DNA from: Negaprion brevirostris
Taxonomy: Eukaryota
NCBI GenBank assembly: GCA_030324005.1
Contig: JARDVH010000031.1
Span: forward strand, 4,079,708 to 4,143,707
Reading direction: 5' to 3'
DNA length: 64,000 nt
The translations under genes were made by a program, and so were the position numbers. The notes beneath the pieces were generated by a model. That model was not told the origin of the DNA. It saw only the letters and a list, made by a program, of their open reading frames with translations, and made no database searches. This document shows, piece by piece, positions 52,171 through 64,000 of this stretch; the first letter of the stretch is position 1; every line of letters starts with the position of its first letter.

Positions 52171-54454
52171 TAGTTTTAACACAAGAACACAAATAAGAGT
52201 AGGAGTAGGCCACATGGTCCATTGAGCCTGCTCCACCATTCAGTGAAATGTGTCAAATTATCCATTTAAAGCTTTGACACATTCCCCCAAAAATGATATA
52301 ATGTGATGTGATTACCTGTGTACAGATTATAAGGTTTAGATACTCTTTCGTAATACTCTATTTGAATACTTCAAATACTTTTTATTTAGATACACCAAAT
52401 GATTCCATCATTATTGCAGTATTCATCTAGTAGATATTTGAAGTGGATTATTCAGCACTGGAACTAAGTTCTATGGTGGGGGAAGAAAGTCAGAGAGTTT
52501 CCTGTTGCTGAGTGTGGTGGGTAAACNNNNNNNNNNNNNNNNNNNNNNNNNNNNNNNNNNNNNNNNNNNNNNNNNNNNNNNNNNNNNNNNNNNNNNNNNN
52601 NNNNNNNNNNNNNNNNNNNNNNNNNNNNNNNNNNNNNNNNNNNNNNNNNNNNNNNNNNNNNNNNNNNNNNNNNNNNNNNNNNNNNNNNNNNNNNNNNNNN
52701 NNNNNNNNNNNNNNNNNNNNNNNNNNNNNNNNNNNNNNNNNNNNNNNNNNNNNNNNNNNNNNNNNNNNNNNNNNNNNNNNNNNNNNNNNNNNNNNNNNNN
52801 NNNNNNNNNNNNNNNNNNNNNNNNNNNNNNNNNNNNNNNNNNNNNNNNNNNNNNNNNNNNNNNNNNNNNNNNNNNNNNNNNNNNNNNNNNNNNNNNNNNN
52901 NNNNNNNNNNNNNNNNNNNNNNNNNNNNNNNNNNNNNNNNNNNNNNNNNNNNNNNNNNNNNNNNNNNNNNNNNNNNNNNNNNTGCTATTCTGAAACTAAT
53001 TGGTTTGCAGTGTTTAGTGAAACCATGTTAAAAGTGCAGTGCTCTGCACAATGGTTTGGATTTAGAGGAGTTGCAGTTTGTGGAAAATCTTATCTGCTTC
53101 AGTCAGCAGTTGGGTCGTGTGCTTTTATTACTGGATATATGGGCTTTAAAGTTGCATTAGTAAATGCCTTAATCTAGCTAGGATTTAATTTACACACTAA
53201 TAAAAGTATCCAAATAGAATTATGCACTTTAAACAATCATGAACTCTTCAACCATATTTCATGTCAACGCCACTTGTACATATTTTATTATAATTTGAGG
53301 TAATCTTTTTTAATATGTCAGAACTAGAGAGACATCATTTTTCATCAATTGATTGCTACCTCTACCATATTGTTAAGAGTTACATCTTATCCATCTTGCA
53401 GTTGAACTTGCAGGACCATTCTTAGATGAAGATAATTACTTTTTGAGCGCTCAATTATCAGAATATACCAGAGGGAAGTTTTAGAGCAAAGTCACATACC
53501 TTCCTGTTGAAATTTGAAATAGTTAAGCTTAAACTGTTACCTTATTTTAAAGATGGCACATTAAGCTTCCCAAAATTTCATTTGCCACAGATTGTACTTT
53601 GAAGTCATTAAAAGTGGAGTTCACTTGTGTGGAAATTTGATTAGTTCTGCAAAGAGGTAATTTAGTATCAGCCGTCATATTCATTCACTAATTAAAGCAA
53701 CAGACACCATAGACCACAAAATCCTGGAAAGATAAAAATCAATGATATCCATTGCAGCTGTAACAATCCCCATAAAGACTGATAATTTTTAAAAAGAGAT
53801 GTATTCCTTGGCCACTGATGGAAAGAATGACAAAAGCTGTTTCCAACTTGGAATCTCTGTCTAAGAGTTTATCTCCAGCAAGACCAACTGCTGCTGCCTT
53901 TTGTGTCAAGGTGTGAAAACTGGCACTTGAATTTCTGTGGGATTTGACCTGGGCCTCTGTCCCATGATGACCAATTCACGTGGGTTCAATATACACAATT
54001 CCAGAACGTTAAGTTTTATCATATATTAAAGGAGATGATTTAAAACATAAATGCCTTAAAAACTCATAACATCATCTTTATCATTTCACAGCATTCCCTT
54101 CCCCATACCCTTTTAACCTCTACCCTTCTTTAGGAGAGGAAAGTTTACTGATGCTCTTTGTGCTCCTGCATGAACACATCTACAAATGCCTAAACACTGT
54201 TTGTGACATACTATCCAAGAACTTGCTTGGGATAGAATTGAAAGTCCCTAGGAATTTAGTTACATTGCTCTTGGATTAGTATTTGTTGGTACCAGACTGT
54301 TTGGAGCAGATATGTTTCAGTATTGGTTGGTACATGATGTTTCTTTCTTAGCTCAGAATCCATAGAATTTAATGAGAATCTAGATGGTGTCACCTAGCTC
54401 ATGACAGTGAGAGGGTAGCAGTGATTATGTCGCAGAATGTAATTGGAGTTGATA

Positions 54455-54642
54455 GACTTCCTATAACGCAGAAGGTGGCCGTTTGGTCCATCGAATCTAC
54501 CGACTTTCCAACAGAGCATTTTACCCAGGCCCTGTCCTGTAACCCCACGTATTTATCCCACTAATTCCCCTAATCTATACATCTTGGGATGCTAAGGGAC
54601 AATTTAGCATGGCCAAACCACCTAACCTGCGTATATTTGGAT
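54455..54642 (-). mobile_element. HE1 SINE 3' half
   Basis: Similarity to 51794-51960 and to the partial copy at 27003-27082. Confidence 0.8.
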
Positions 54643-54853
54643 TAAAGTCAACAATCATGATTCTTCTACAATTGCTGCTTCTGTATTTGGTTATAGCCTT
54701 TCTCAGCAAATGGCATTTATACTATTTTACTTCAGGAGCAGGGGAACTGGAACATTTAGCGAGATACATTACTGGCTGGGAAACTTGTTAGCGTTAAATG
54801 CATTTTGAATTATTTTAGCCTTTATGTAATTAAAGCAAATAATTATTTTGCAG

Positions 54854-54926
54854 GGTCATTCAAATGTAAAACTTCAGTTAGCTGCTACTTTTTGTATATC
54901 TAATCTTATATGGAGTGAAGAAGAAG
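54854..54926 (+). CDS. ARMC8: ARMC8 exon ~20 (73 nt) [24 protein letters not shown]
   Basis: ttttgcag| acceptor, |gtaagg donor, phase 0-1. Confidence 0.96.
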
Positions 54927-55214
54927 GTAAGGGCATCAGTAGTTTCCTTCGAGTTTATATAATTGTTTTCTTGTAATTCAGATACTATTACAGATTCTTT
55001 CATTTCTTGACACATTAAAATTTTAAAACTCCACTGGTTACTTAACCAACCAGCTGTCTTTGTTTCATAAATTTTTGAATATTTAACTTTGTCCCAGTAT
55101 TTTGCTATACTGTCTGGTGGCCAGAATTGCTAGTTTTCTGTGTGAAAATGTATAACAGATTTCCTAATTTGTTGATTTCTTTTAAAGGGACATTGTCGGA
55201 TTCCCCTGATCACT

Positions 55215-55600
55215 CACCAGGCTTAAGCAGTGAGTGGCTGAGTATACAGACAAGGAAGGTGCCAGGTTTAAACACTGGTCTGTGCTGATTTAGCTGATCT
55301 CAAACAGAATGGAAATAGTGGGGCGGGGGGTGGGGGTGGGGAGGNNNNNNNNNNNNNNNNNNNNNNNNNNNNNNNNNNNNNNNNNNNNNNNNNNNNNNNN
55401 NNNNNNNNNNNNNNNNNNNNNNNNNNNNNNNNNNNNNNNNNNNNGGAAATGGTGGGGCGGGGGGTGGGGGTGGGGAGGTGGTGGGGGGAAGGAAAGCGGG
55501 GAACTATAAGTGGCCATAATATCTCGGGTTTGAGATATGGGGAAAAATAAGCCAGAGATTTTCCCGTATTAACCAGAATGCTCTGCTGGAATTCTGAATA
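55215..55600 (+). mobile_element. Old tRNA-derived SINE split by a G-rich tract and gap; related copy at ~59810-59975
   Basis: ggaaggtgccaggtttaaacactggtctgtgctgatttagctgatctca resembles aggaagtcctcagttcattcctcagtccctgctcattt. Confidence 0.45.
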
Positions 55601-56153
55601 AAGATCAGATGAGGATTGTATTGGACTCTCTGATGTCTCCACGATTATCAACTTGCTGGCCCACACTTTGTCAGCTCACACCCGAATAATTCCTACTAGA
55701 AGGTGTCCAGCATCCATTAAATCACATCCCAGCAAACAATTAAAGTATAATGTCCATTTTATGATATACATTCAACTGTGTATTAGGTGTAAGCAATTAC
55801 TGTTCCCAAAGCAGAATCTGCACAGAAATTCCCCAGGTACTGTCTGTTGGGCTTTTGACATTGCTGTTAGAAGTTTCTTAGAAACAAAACTGGCAGATCA
55901 AGATGTCTTATCTCTGAAAGCTTTCAAATGTCAGTGATGTATTTTGTGGGCTACAAGGACTAAATTCTGAATTAAGAGTTTTTGAATGCTAAAGGGGTTT
56001 ACTGTACATTGGTCTTTGTACCCAATTAAACATGCAAAAGAANNNNNNNNNNTGTATCATAAGAGATTAGTTTCATACAGAACACTACATTTGTGCCCGT
56101 CTGTGACTAACAACCAATGATTTTGAAGGATTAACTTGTGCTTTATTTGTTAG

Positions 56154-56247
56154 GTTCCCATGAGCGTCAAGATAAACTCAGAGAACTGGGAATAGTAGAT
56201 ATTTTACATAAATTGGTTCAATCTACGGACCCCAACCTTTGTGACAA
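56154..56247 (+). CDS. ARMC8: ARMC8 exon ~21 (94 nt) [32 protein letters not shown]
   Basis: tttgttag| acceptor, |gtaagc donor, phase 1-2. Confidence 0.96.
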
Positions 56248-57241
56248 GTAAGCATTGTAAACACATAGATAAATGTTACCCTGGTTGAAATACCTTTCAT
56301 CCTTTTATTAAATCTCATAAATGTTCTCAAATAGTATGTGGCATAAATTGAGATGAAATGTCAGTTCTTAATTTGTGACATATTGAAACAACACAAACAG
56401 TTGCAGTTTTCTGTATGTTATATTAGAGACTTCAGTTGTGCAATCAATAGGAAGTAAACAGTATGAGACTGCAATCAAGAAAGCTTTCCAGGGCAGCTTT
56501 TAAAGCTTAGTCATCTTGCATATGAGGGATAGGATCTCCAAGCTTTGTGCCAGTATTGTTACATGATTTCTACTGTGTTGCTGTCTCTATGCAACACATC
56601 CAGCTAGTTCTCAATTTTTTATAAGTTTTGTTTTAAAGGGTAGAATCTTAAATGCAGCCTGTTGGCTCAGGCGAGAAAACCAATGTGAAGGTCGCAGATA
56701 TTGAACAACATTCTGTGCATTTTAAAAGGGGAGGCAAGTAACAGTCAGTCAGCTGGAGGGGTGGCGCTGAAAGAAGCCAGCAAAGCTAGGATGTCGTCAT
56801 TAAAAGGCAGCTCAATTCCTGATTTAAATAAGAGAGGACACACACACACACGCCTACATCGGAGCAACCNNNCTTTCTCATCATGGGGCACCGTTCTTTT
56901 CCTCTTTTTCCCCCGTCCCCCATTACTGGCACCACCTCAGCTCCCCCTTCTCATCATTGTCACAGCCTCCCACCTCCTCATCACTGACACTGCTCCTTTC
57001 CCTCTTCGCAAGGTACGACCTAACCCCCACAAACATCACACTGGGGATTTCCATCCACAGCTAGCACTGCCACTGAACTGCAGCCAAAGTATTTATTTGT
57101 ATGAATTTTCTGCATGGTTATAGGTTTTAACATAAGTTAACATTAACCTTAGACATGACAGGTGATGTTTACTACATATGGAGATAATTTGAATTTTAGA
57201 TGACTGCAGGATTTCACGAATGGTTTCTGAATCTGTTACAG

Positions 57242-57275
57242 GGCAAAAACAGCACTGCAGCAATTTCTGTCATGA
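57242..57275 (+). CDS. ARMC8: ARMC8 terminal coding exon ~22 (K)AKTALQQFLS*
   Basis: ctgttacag| acceptor, phase 2, TGA at 57273-57275; human ends AKMALQQYLA. Confidence 0.94.
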
Positions 57276-59460
57276 GTAACCAACCTGTTGGAGTCCCACC
57301 TGAGGCTTTGAATGGACAGCAGGCAGGAGGTTCAGTGGAAAGCTTGCCCCTGACCCTTTTTTGCACAAGTCACCTTGGACTGCAGTTTTTGTGTGCAGTG
57401 ATTCGTGAAGAAATGTTAGTTATTCAGGAAGAAAAAGAAAACAAACAATGCAGTGGAGAAAAGGGTTCAGTCTTAATGTGACTACTTCCACAACGACTAA
57501 GAACAATCGATTTCTTTTTTCCCCCCTCGAGTCTGAAAAACAAAACTACTTTTGCTGCAGCTATTTAGTGTGTGATTGGTTACTTTTTGAATTTTTTTTT
57601 AAAAAGTGTTTTCTACAGATTTTACAGGGTGGAGTATTGCTTGCTGAATTAAGGCTATACTTGGTGTAAAGAATTTGCTTACACACAACATCCTAAAGAG
57701 AATGTAATATTTAAACAAAAGTGTGGAAAAAATATAATTTTGGTTGGAAGCTCTATAGAGTATGTAAAATATTGTATGTATTTGATGAATTACAATTATC
57801 TGTGTTTACTTTGGAACTGCATTTGTTTTTAGGCCTACACAGTTAGTATTAAAAATCTATGTTATATATTGTAACCCTATAACCCCCAGAGGATATTCGG
57901 TGCAGAAGGGGAACGTGGATGCAATGGTCACTGACCTTCACATAAAGATCCAGGTGTAAATCCAACTCAGGGACAGGTAACGAAGGAATTCTCTTACTCA
58001 TCCTCTTTGACTCTTTTTAGTAGCACTTTTTGAGCAAGCTACAATTCTGTCCCTCAGCAACAGAATTGTAACGTGGGCTGAGCTCCAATGGATTGTGTTG
58101 GTGGCCTTGTCTGACGCACAGAGACCTGATCTCACAGCTGCTCCCTGTACACCTAATTGCACGGACAAGGGATGCTCGGCACTTAGTGCATGGGAGATGA
58201 TGCATAGAGCTGTTCAGAAGTTAACGGATATTGATGGATCGGTTTAAGGAAGCTCCATGCCATACCTGAAGTACTACACAGATGAGCCCTGATATCTTAG
58301 AACAAGATCAGCTGCTTTGACACACATGACACTTGAGCTGCACGTATGATATTTCTGGTGTTGCAGCTGTGTAAAGATCATACATCTCCCATACAAATGG
58401 GTGTTGCTACATACATGACTTGTGCATCCACGTATGCCAAGCCTGGCTTTTGCACACTATACAACACACCGTGGCTGGTACTCACAACATCTCTGCTGGT
58501 AGAGTGAAACTTTTACCTTGCACTGTCATCCCTTGTCTCCATGAATACTGAGCAAAAGATAGCCAGCATTGGCATCCACTCAAATGTTCTCATCTCCAAT
58601 TAAAAATAAAAATGACACTACGGATTCTAGATCAATTTTACACTTAAGAGCATGTTATCTGAATATATATTCAAATAAAACCTGTGTAGGCCAATTGAAA
58701 AGATTGCAGTTCTTTTCATTTTTATAGCGTTTCATCTTAGTTGGAATTTCCCAGTTCGCACAGTTTTCTCCTGTGTGTTATGTTGCTTTTGCTTTTGACC
58801 CTTACAACTTTCTCCCAATGTTAGCATTTCAATTTTCAGCGCCTGTCTAAGCTTCTACGCTGCCGCAAAAGCTGTGTTAGTATTTGTATACTACTGGGGT
58901 TTAGCGCAGCAGTACAAAGAGGGCCTTCCATCCTGGTTCTTGACAAATAAAAATAGAAGCAAGTTTTGTAAGGATTTGCATTGAAATTTGCAGTGTTCAT
59001 ATTTGTTTAGTCTTGGTTGCTGCATGTGCCAGTGCATGAAGCTTATTACCATTATCTTGGCAGGTACATTTTCTTTGTAGCAGATGTTCTGTACAAAAAT
59101 ATAGATGGAAACATGTAAACAAAGTAATCAAAGATCGAAATAGTTTAAGCATGAAAAATTTGAACATGAAACGATTTTTAAAAAATTTGAAGAACACTTC
59201 TTTTTAACAAGAGTTATGACCACTACATTTTAAGTGCGCTCCACCCAAATGGATTGTTTTGATTACATTGCATTTTAAACTGATCTTGTTAAGTTTTTGT
59301 ACATAACCTGCAGCTGATTTGAATAGGTTTCTGCTTTTATACACAGGTATTTTAGCAGCACTGTCTGTGTAATATATTGCGAAGAGACTATCACATTTTT
59401 CTGGTGTCATTTTAAGCTCTGCTGACAGAAGTCAAGTAAATAAAATGTGGCTTCTGAGGC
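57276..59460 (+). other. ARMC8: Probable 3' UTR of ARMC8-alpha with several candidate poly(A) signals
   Basis: ATTAAA at 57848; AATAAA at 58605, 58674, 58946 and 59439; AU-rich; the true end cannot be fixed from sequence alone. Confidence 0.5.
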
Positions 59461-62104
59461 TTTTTATATAACACTGGTTATGAAATTATAGTTATGTCCT
59501 ATAATTAACAAGGGTCTATTGTGATAACAGTATAATGTACTCCATTCATGGTGTCTGTGCAGGAAATTTATATTTTCTTATTAAAAATGATTTTCAGTTA
59601 ACCTATTGTACAGAATCCAAAGATTCACTTTCCTCCATCAGTCAAGAATTCCTTCTGCTGCTTTTAAGTCTTTAAAGAGAAAAGAAGCTATAGAATATTT
59701 GCCTTTAACTTGCTCTGGCTGTTCTTACAGATAATGTGACTTGCCTAGTGACACAAATTAAAAGAACTTCTGGGGATGCCCGAGGACTCTGTTAATAGAT
59801 GCATCTCCCATTGTACTGAGTCACAGTAACCAAGGAAGTCCTCAGTTCATTCCTCAGTCCCTGCTCATTTGTCTGTCTGCCAGCGACTGCAATAGAAATG
59901 CTTAATTTAATCTCCATGCCCTTGAGTGAGGGTAGGGGAAATTGCATGAGCTTCCTGCTTCTGATTGTCACTTATTAAAAAATGTAGAGGTGAGTGCCTA
60001 GTGAAACAGGACTTTTCTCACTTTTGAATTTTGTTTGTTGTCTAGTCTCTCACAAGAAGAATGATCATTTCTACGAGAGCAAGATAAACAAATTGGGAGC
60101 AGGAGGGGTGTGGGGAAGCAGTCTCAGGTTGTGAAATACAGAAAAAAGCAGAAAGAGGGAAACATGCTCACACATTACAGTGCTTGTTTGTTAAATTCAG
60201 TTTGTCCTTGAGCTGTGCTGTGATTTATTGGGTCAGATGATTGGGTAAATTTTGTAGCTTAACGCTCCTGGTGAAAAGCTGCACATGTTTTAGGAGAGAC
60301 ATTAGTTTTGTAGCTCTGTTTTTTTTATGCATTTTGTGGTGACTAAACAAAGGGTACATTCCTTGCTGTATTGTATGTCATCTGGGTAAAGGAGTTTATA
60401 CCAGTGCACACAATGATTTCTGGCAGCAACGCAGATCAGTACTTACTGCAAGTGCTACCATTTTGAATATCACCTTTTTATGAGCTTTCTTAAATTTGTC
60501 TAAAGTTTCAATAGCATCGAGGGTGGCTAATGCTGATACGTTTGTTAATTTAAAAGCTTTTGCTGAAATAAATTGCTTCCGGACATACGTGATATGTAAT
60601 GTCTTCCCGCTGGGAATTGAGCAGGAGTCAGAGAATGGAGAGACACACAGAGCAGGGCAAGCTGCTTGGAGAGGGAGGAGAAGGGCTATCTGCATGAGGC
60701 TATACTTGCTGATAGTCTTTAGGAGCAATTCTCTTCAGCAAGGATTTAATGCACTAGATACCTTCACTCACTAAAGAGGTTGTAAGTGAAATTTCCCAAC
60801 TGTGACCTCAGAGTCAGACAAGGTTAGCATTGCCTGTGTCTCTGGGGTGTGAACTTTTATGAACTTGGCTCCTTCCAGACTATTTCTGGATATGTAGACA
60901 ATATTTCTCAATTTGTGGTGCGCTGTTGAATGGAGGAAGGTCACTGAATTTCTCTATAAGAAGGGGAGCACATTCACAGGATTCAGCCTTCAATATGTCT
61001 GTTGGTAACACTTGACTGAGTCAGAAAAGTTGTGGGTTCAAGTCAAGACACCACTTTATTCCCCTTGCCAGTGAAAAGCATTCGAAAGGGACAAAAGTTG
61101 GCACAGATTGCAATGTGCAAATGCATGATTTGGTATTTTTGATTTCCCCCTTAAGTGATGGCATATTTTCCCCAACTCTTCAGTTTTGTGGTGATCCAAT
61201 CTTCAATGAATAAGAAGCAAACTCGAGATAAGATAAAATTAAAGGGTTGGTTTATTTCCCTCACACACAAAACATGGGAAGGGGTTTTGCTCATGCAATA
61301 AAAGAGAGATAAGGGAAAGAAAGGGTGTTCAGAACAAAGACTGTGATAAAGATATTGAATTATGGCTTTACACGAGTCCAGAATCAAAATTGAATGGCAT
61401 TTCCTTCAGAGAATAGGTGGCTGACTGTTGCAGGGTGATCTGGAAGTGAGGGCAACCACGATTGGAGAAGGCACATAAAGAACAATTGGTCTTGAAGACA
61501 CAAGTTCCAGTGATTCAGCGCAGATAAGAGCCAAATGTCTTCCTGCTGCCACTTGCTCGAAGGTAAGGTGGTCAACAGAGACTGGCTGTTTGCTTGGATT
61601 ACTATTTCTCTTTACAGCTAAAGCTGTAACTGAAGATAAGATTCAAAAGCTGCATGATTAAAGGAGTTTGACAGCGTGTGGGAGGTCATGTGACACACCT
61701 CCCATTTCTTCTGGATGTTGGATAAAAGGGTATATTTTCCCAGGTCTGGAATCTTGACGTGTTTAGTAGAGGAGTCAGGGTTCCCTTTGTCCTTGGATAG
61801 TCAGTGTGCAGAATTCTTCTTTAAAAATGTGAAGAGGAATTGTGCAGTTCCAGGAAGGGGCATCAGTGATTTTTTATTAGAAGAGATAATGAGAATCTAA
61901 TGTTTGTTTGTAGTTAGAAATTCCTCTGGTACGAGCATAACTAATCATGCATTCTCGTTTTTCAAGCTAAAAATGTTAGGTTTTTAGATATATTTTTGCC
62001 TTCCTGTCTGGCCCGTACAACACTACCAGCATCCTCAAGCAACGCTTTCTGGACCACTCTGGAGGGGGCAGGAACTCAGGTGAATGGGTTTCAATATTTT
62101 AAAC

Positions 62105-62402
62105 AAGGAAGAATGATTTTATATAGCATTTTTCAGATTACCAGACGTCCCAAAGTGCTTTGTAGCTAATGCAATACATTAGAAGTATAATTACAATATA
62201 GGAAACACAGAGACCAGTCCCAGCGCAGAACCCTCCCTCAGTAGCGATGTGATAATGATCGGGTTAATCTCTTGTAGTGTAGATTAAGGGATAAATATTG
62301 ACCGGGGGACACACTGTAACGTCCCTGCTCATCTTTGAAATAATACTAAGGAATCTTACATCTGCTGGAGTGGGCAGTCAGGGCCTTTGATTAACATCTC
62401 AG
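62105..62402 (-). mobile_element. Deu-domain SINE
   Basis: gacgtcccaaagtgcttt...agggataaatattgacc...cctgctcatctttgaaataa; colinear with 37470-37775. Confidence 0.72.
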
Positions 62403-62902
62403 TTGATGCTGTATATTCTACAGGTATGTGATGTTTGCAGCACTTGTTCCACGTTGGGAAGGATGCTGTGCACAAAGCCTCTACTAAGTTGGTGCTGGAC
62501 TTTTCCATTTGCCTTGACGCTGCTTGTAAGCTTCCCTGTCCACCATGTATTTAATTATGTGTTATTTTCAGTAACAATCCATCAAATCCCTGACTGGCTC
62601 CTCTGCAGCAACCCTATTTCTTCTCATTGCCTCCTGAGCAATGTGTGGGGAGTCCTCTTTTGCCCCACCCTCTGTGCGACCACAGAACATCTGTCCACCA
62701 TTCTACCACTTCCAAAGTCTCCAGTGCACAGTTTGGTAATCTTAGTGCATGCTCAAAATATCACAGCAGCGATTCACATTAAAAAGGATTCCTATTACTT
62801 GGAGACACAATGCACCTTCCCTTTAAAGAAATGTAGACTGTCTCCAACAACTCTAGTGAATCATTTGTAATTCCAGGGATCTCTGCTGCTGCATGTAGTG
62901 GA

Positions 62903-63862
62903 TACAAACATAATAAATAGGAGCAGAAGTAGGCCATTAAACCCCTTACGCCTGCTCCGCCATTCAAAGATTATAGCTGATCTGTTTGTGTTGTGAGTTC
63001 CACATTCCCATCTACTTCTGCTAATCTTAGATTCTTGCGAGACAATGGAATCATCTCCAATTTAAAAATATTCAATTGATCCTGCTTTCACCACCTCTGA
63101 GACAGAGTTCCAACTGAAAAAGAAAAGATTTCTCTTCATCTGCCCTATAAGGCAATCCCCTAATTTTACCCATTACCCCCTAGTTCTGGACTCACCCACA
63201 AGATGAAATATCCATTCCACATCAAAAATGTCAAGACCATTCAAGATCCTATATACTTCAATCAAGTCACTCCTCACTCTCCTAAATTTCCCTGTAAACA
63301 AGCTCAGTCTGTCCAGCCTTTCCTCAGAAGACAACACATACATTCCAGGTATCAATTTACTAAACCACCTCTGAAACGTTTGCAATGTATTCACATTCTC
63401 CATTAAATAAGGAGACCTAAATTGCACACAGTATTTGAGATGTGGTTTCACCAATGCCCCGAATAACTGAAACATAACATCCTTACTTTTATGTAGAATT
63501 TCTCTCATAATAAAGGATAGAATTCCACCATCTTCCTTTATTATATGCTGTACCTGAGTACTAACATTTTGTGACTCGCACACTAGAACACCAAGACGCC
63601 TCTGCACCTCAGAATTCTGCAATCATATTCATTCTTAGTTTAACTAATACTCTTTTTATTCTTCCTGCCATAATTCACATTTTCCTGAATTATACTCAAT
63701 CTGCCAAATTTTTGCCCAGTCTATCTGTATCCTGCAAACTCTTTGTCATCTTCACAACATACTTTCCTATACATCTACGTGTTGTCTGACAATTCAACTG
63801 CCATGCCTTTGCTCTCCTCACCAAAGTGATTGATTTAAATTGTAAACATTTGAGACCCCAGC
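62903..63862 (-). mobile_element. CR1 LINE 3' ~1 kb
   Basis: ORF 63173..63622 (SEVQRRLGVLV...LVKPHLKYCVQFRSPYL...GESRTRG) and tail ataggagcagaagtaggccatt. Confidence 0.92.
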
Positions 63863-63877
63863 ATCAGCACAACTCTA

Positions 63878-64000
63878 ATCATAAGAACATGAGAACCAGG
63901 AGCATGAATACGCCATCTGGCCCCTCGAGCCTGCTCTGTCATTCAATAAGATTATGGCTGATCTTGTGAACTCAGGTCCACTTACCCGCCCGCTCACCAT
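63878..64000 (-). mobile_element. CR1 LINE 3' tail (continues beyond the window)
   Basis: cataagaacatgagaaccaggagca...gccatctggcccctcgagcctgctctg. Confidence 0.85.

Larger units (their letters stand above)
1425..57275 (+). other. ARMC8: ARMC8 gene body (partial: 5' exons lie upstream of the window), armadillo repeat-containing protein 8 / GID5, CTLH E3 ligase scaffold
   Basis: 15 GT-AG exons with compatible phases translate to a peptide nearly identical to human ARMC8 from about residue 177 to the C-terminus (human sequence from memory). Confidence 0.98.

Noticed and set aside
55318-55500. G-quadruplex-like G-run tract
   Set aside because: It is split and probably duplicated by an assembly gap, so its real length and structure cannot be assessed.
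1-64000. Prokaryotic-type novel system (CRISPR array, defence island, operon) or intact autonomous transposon
   Set aside because: The window is a spliced vertebrate gene with fragmented retroelements; no repeat-spacer array and no long intact ORF were seen.

Overview
Eukaryotic, vertebrate genomic DNA: AT-rich, CpG-poor, with many N gaps. The repeat content (HE1/V-SINE-type, Deu-domain SINE, CR1 and L2 LINE remnants, Penelope-type inverted ends) points to a cartilaginous fish, probably a shark. The window holds the 3' three-quarters of ARMC8 (GID5, armadillo-repeat scaffold of the CTLH/GID E3 ligase) on the + strand. Fifteen GT-AG coding exons splice in frame from 1425 to the stop at 57275; these are exons 7-18 and 20-22 by human numbering, recalled from memory. 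Exon 19 is not visible and probably lies in the N gap 48644-49377, which is followed directly by GTGAGC. The most notable feature is the read-through of the exon-12 donor into a 21-aa tail ([21 protein letters not shown]) with its own AATAAA. This matches the short ARMC8-beta isoform that in human lacks the GID4-recruiting C-terminal half, so the alpha/beta switch appears to be as old as jawed vertebrates. The same intron has a candidate premature-stop (poison) cassette exon. A long hairpin sits just upstream of exon 11. Nearly all other ORFs in the track are noise, retroelement debris or N-gap artefacts. There is no evidence of a prokaryotic-type system. Repeat boundaries are approximate and family names come from memory, not from a database search.
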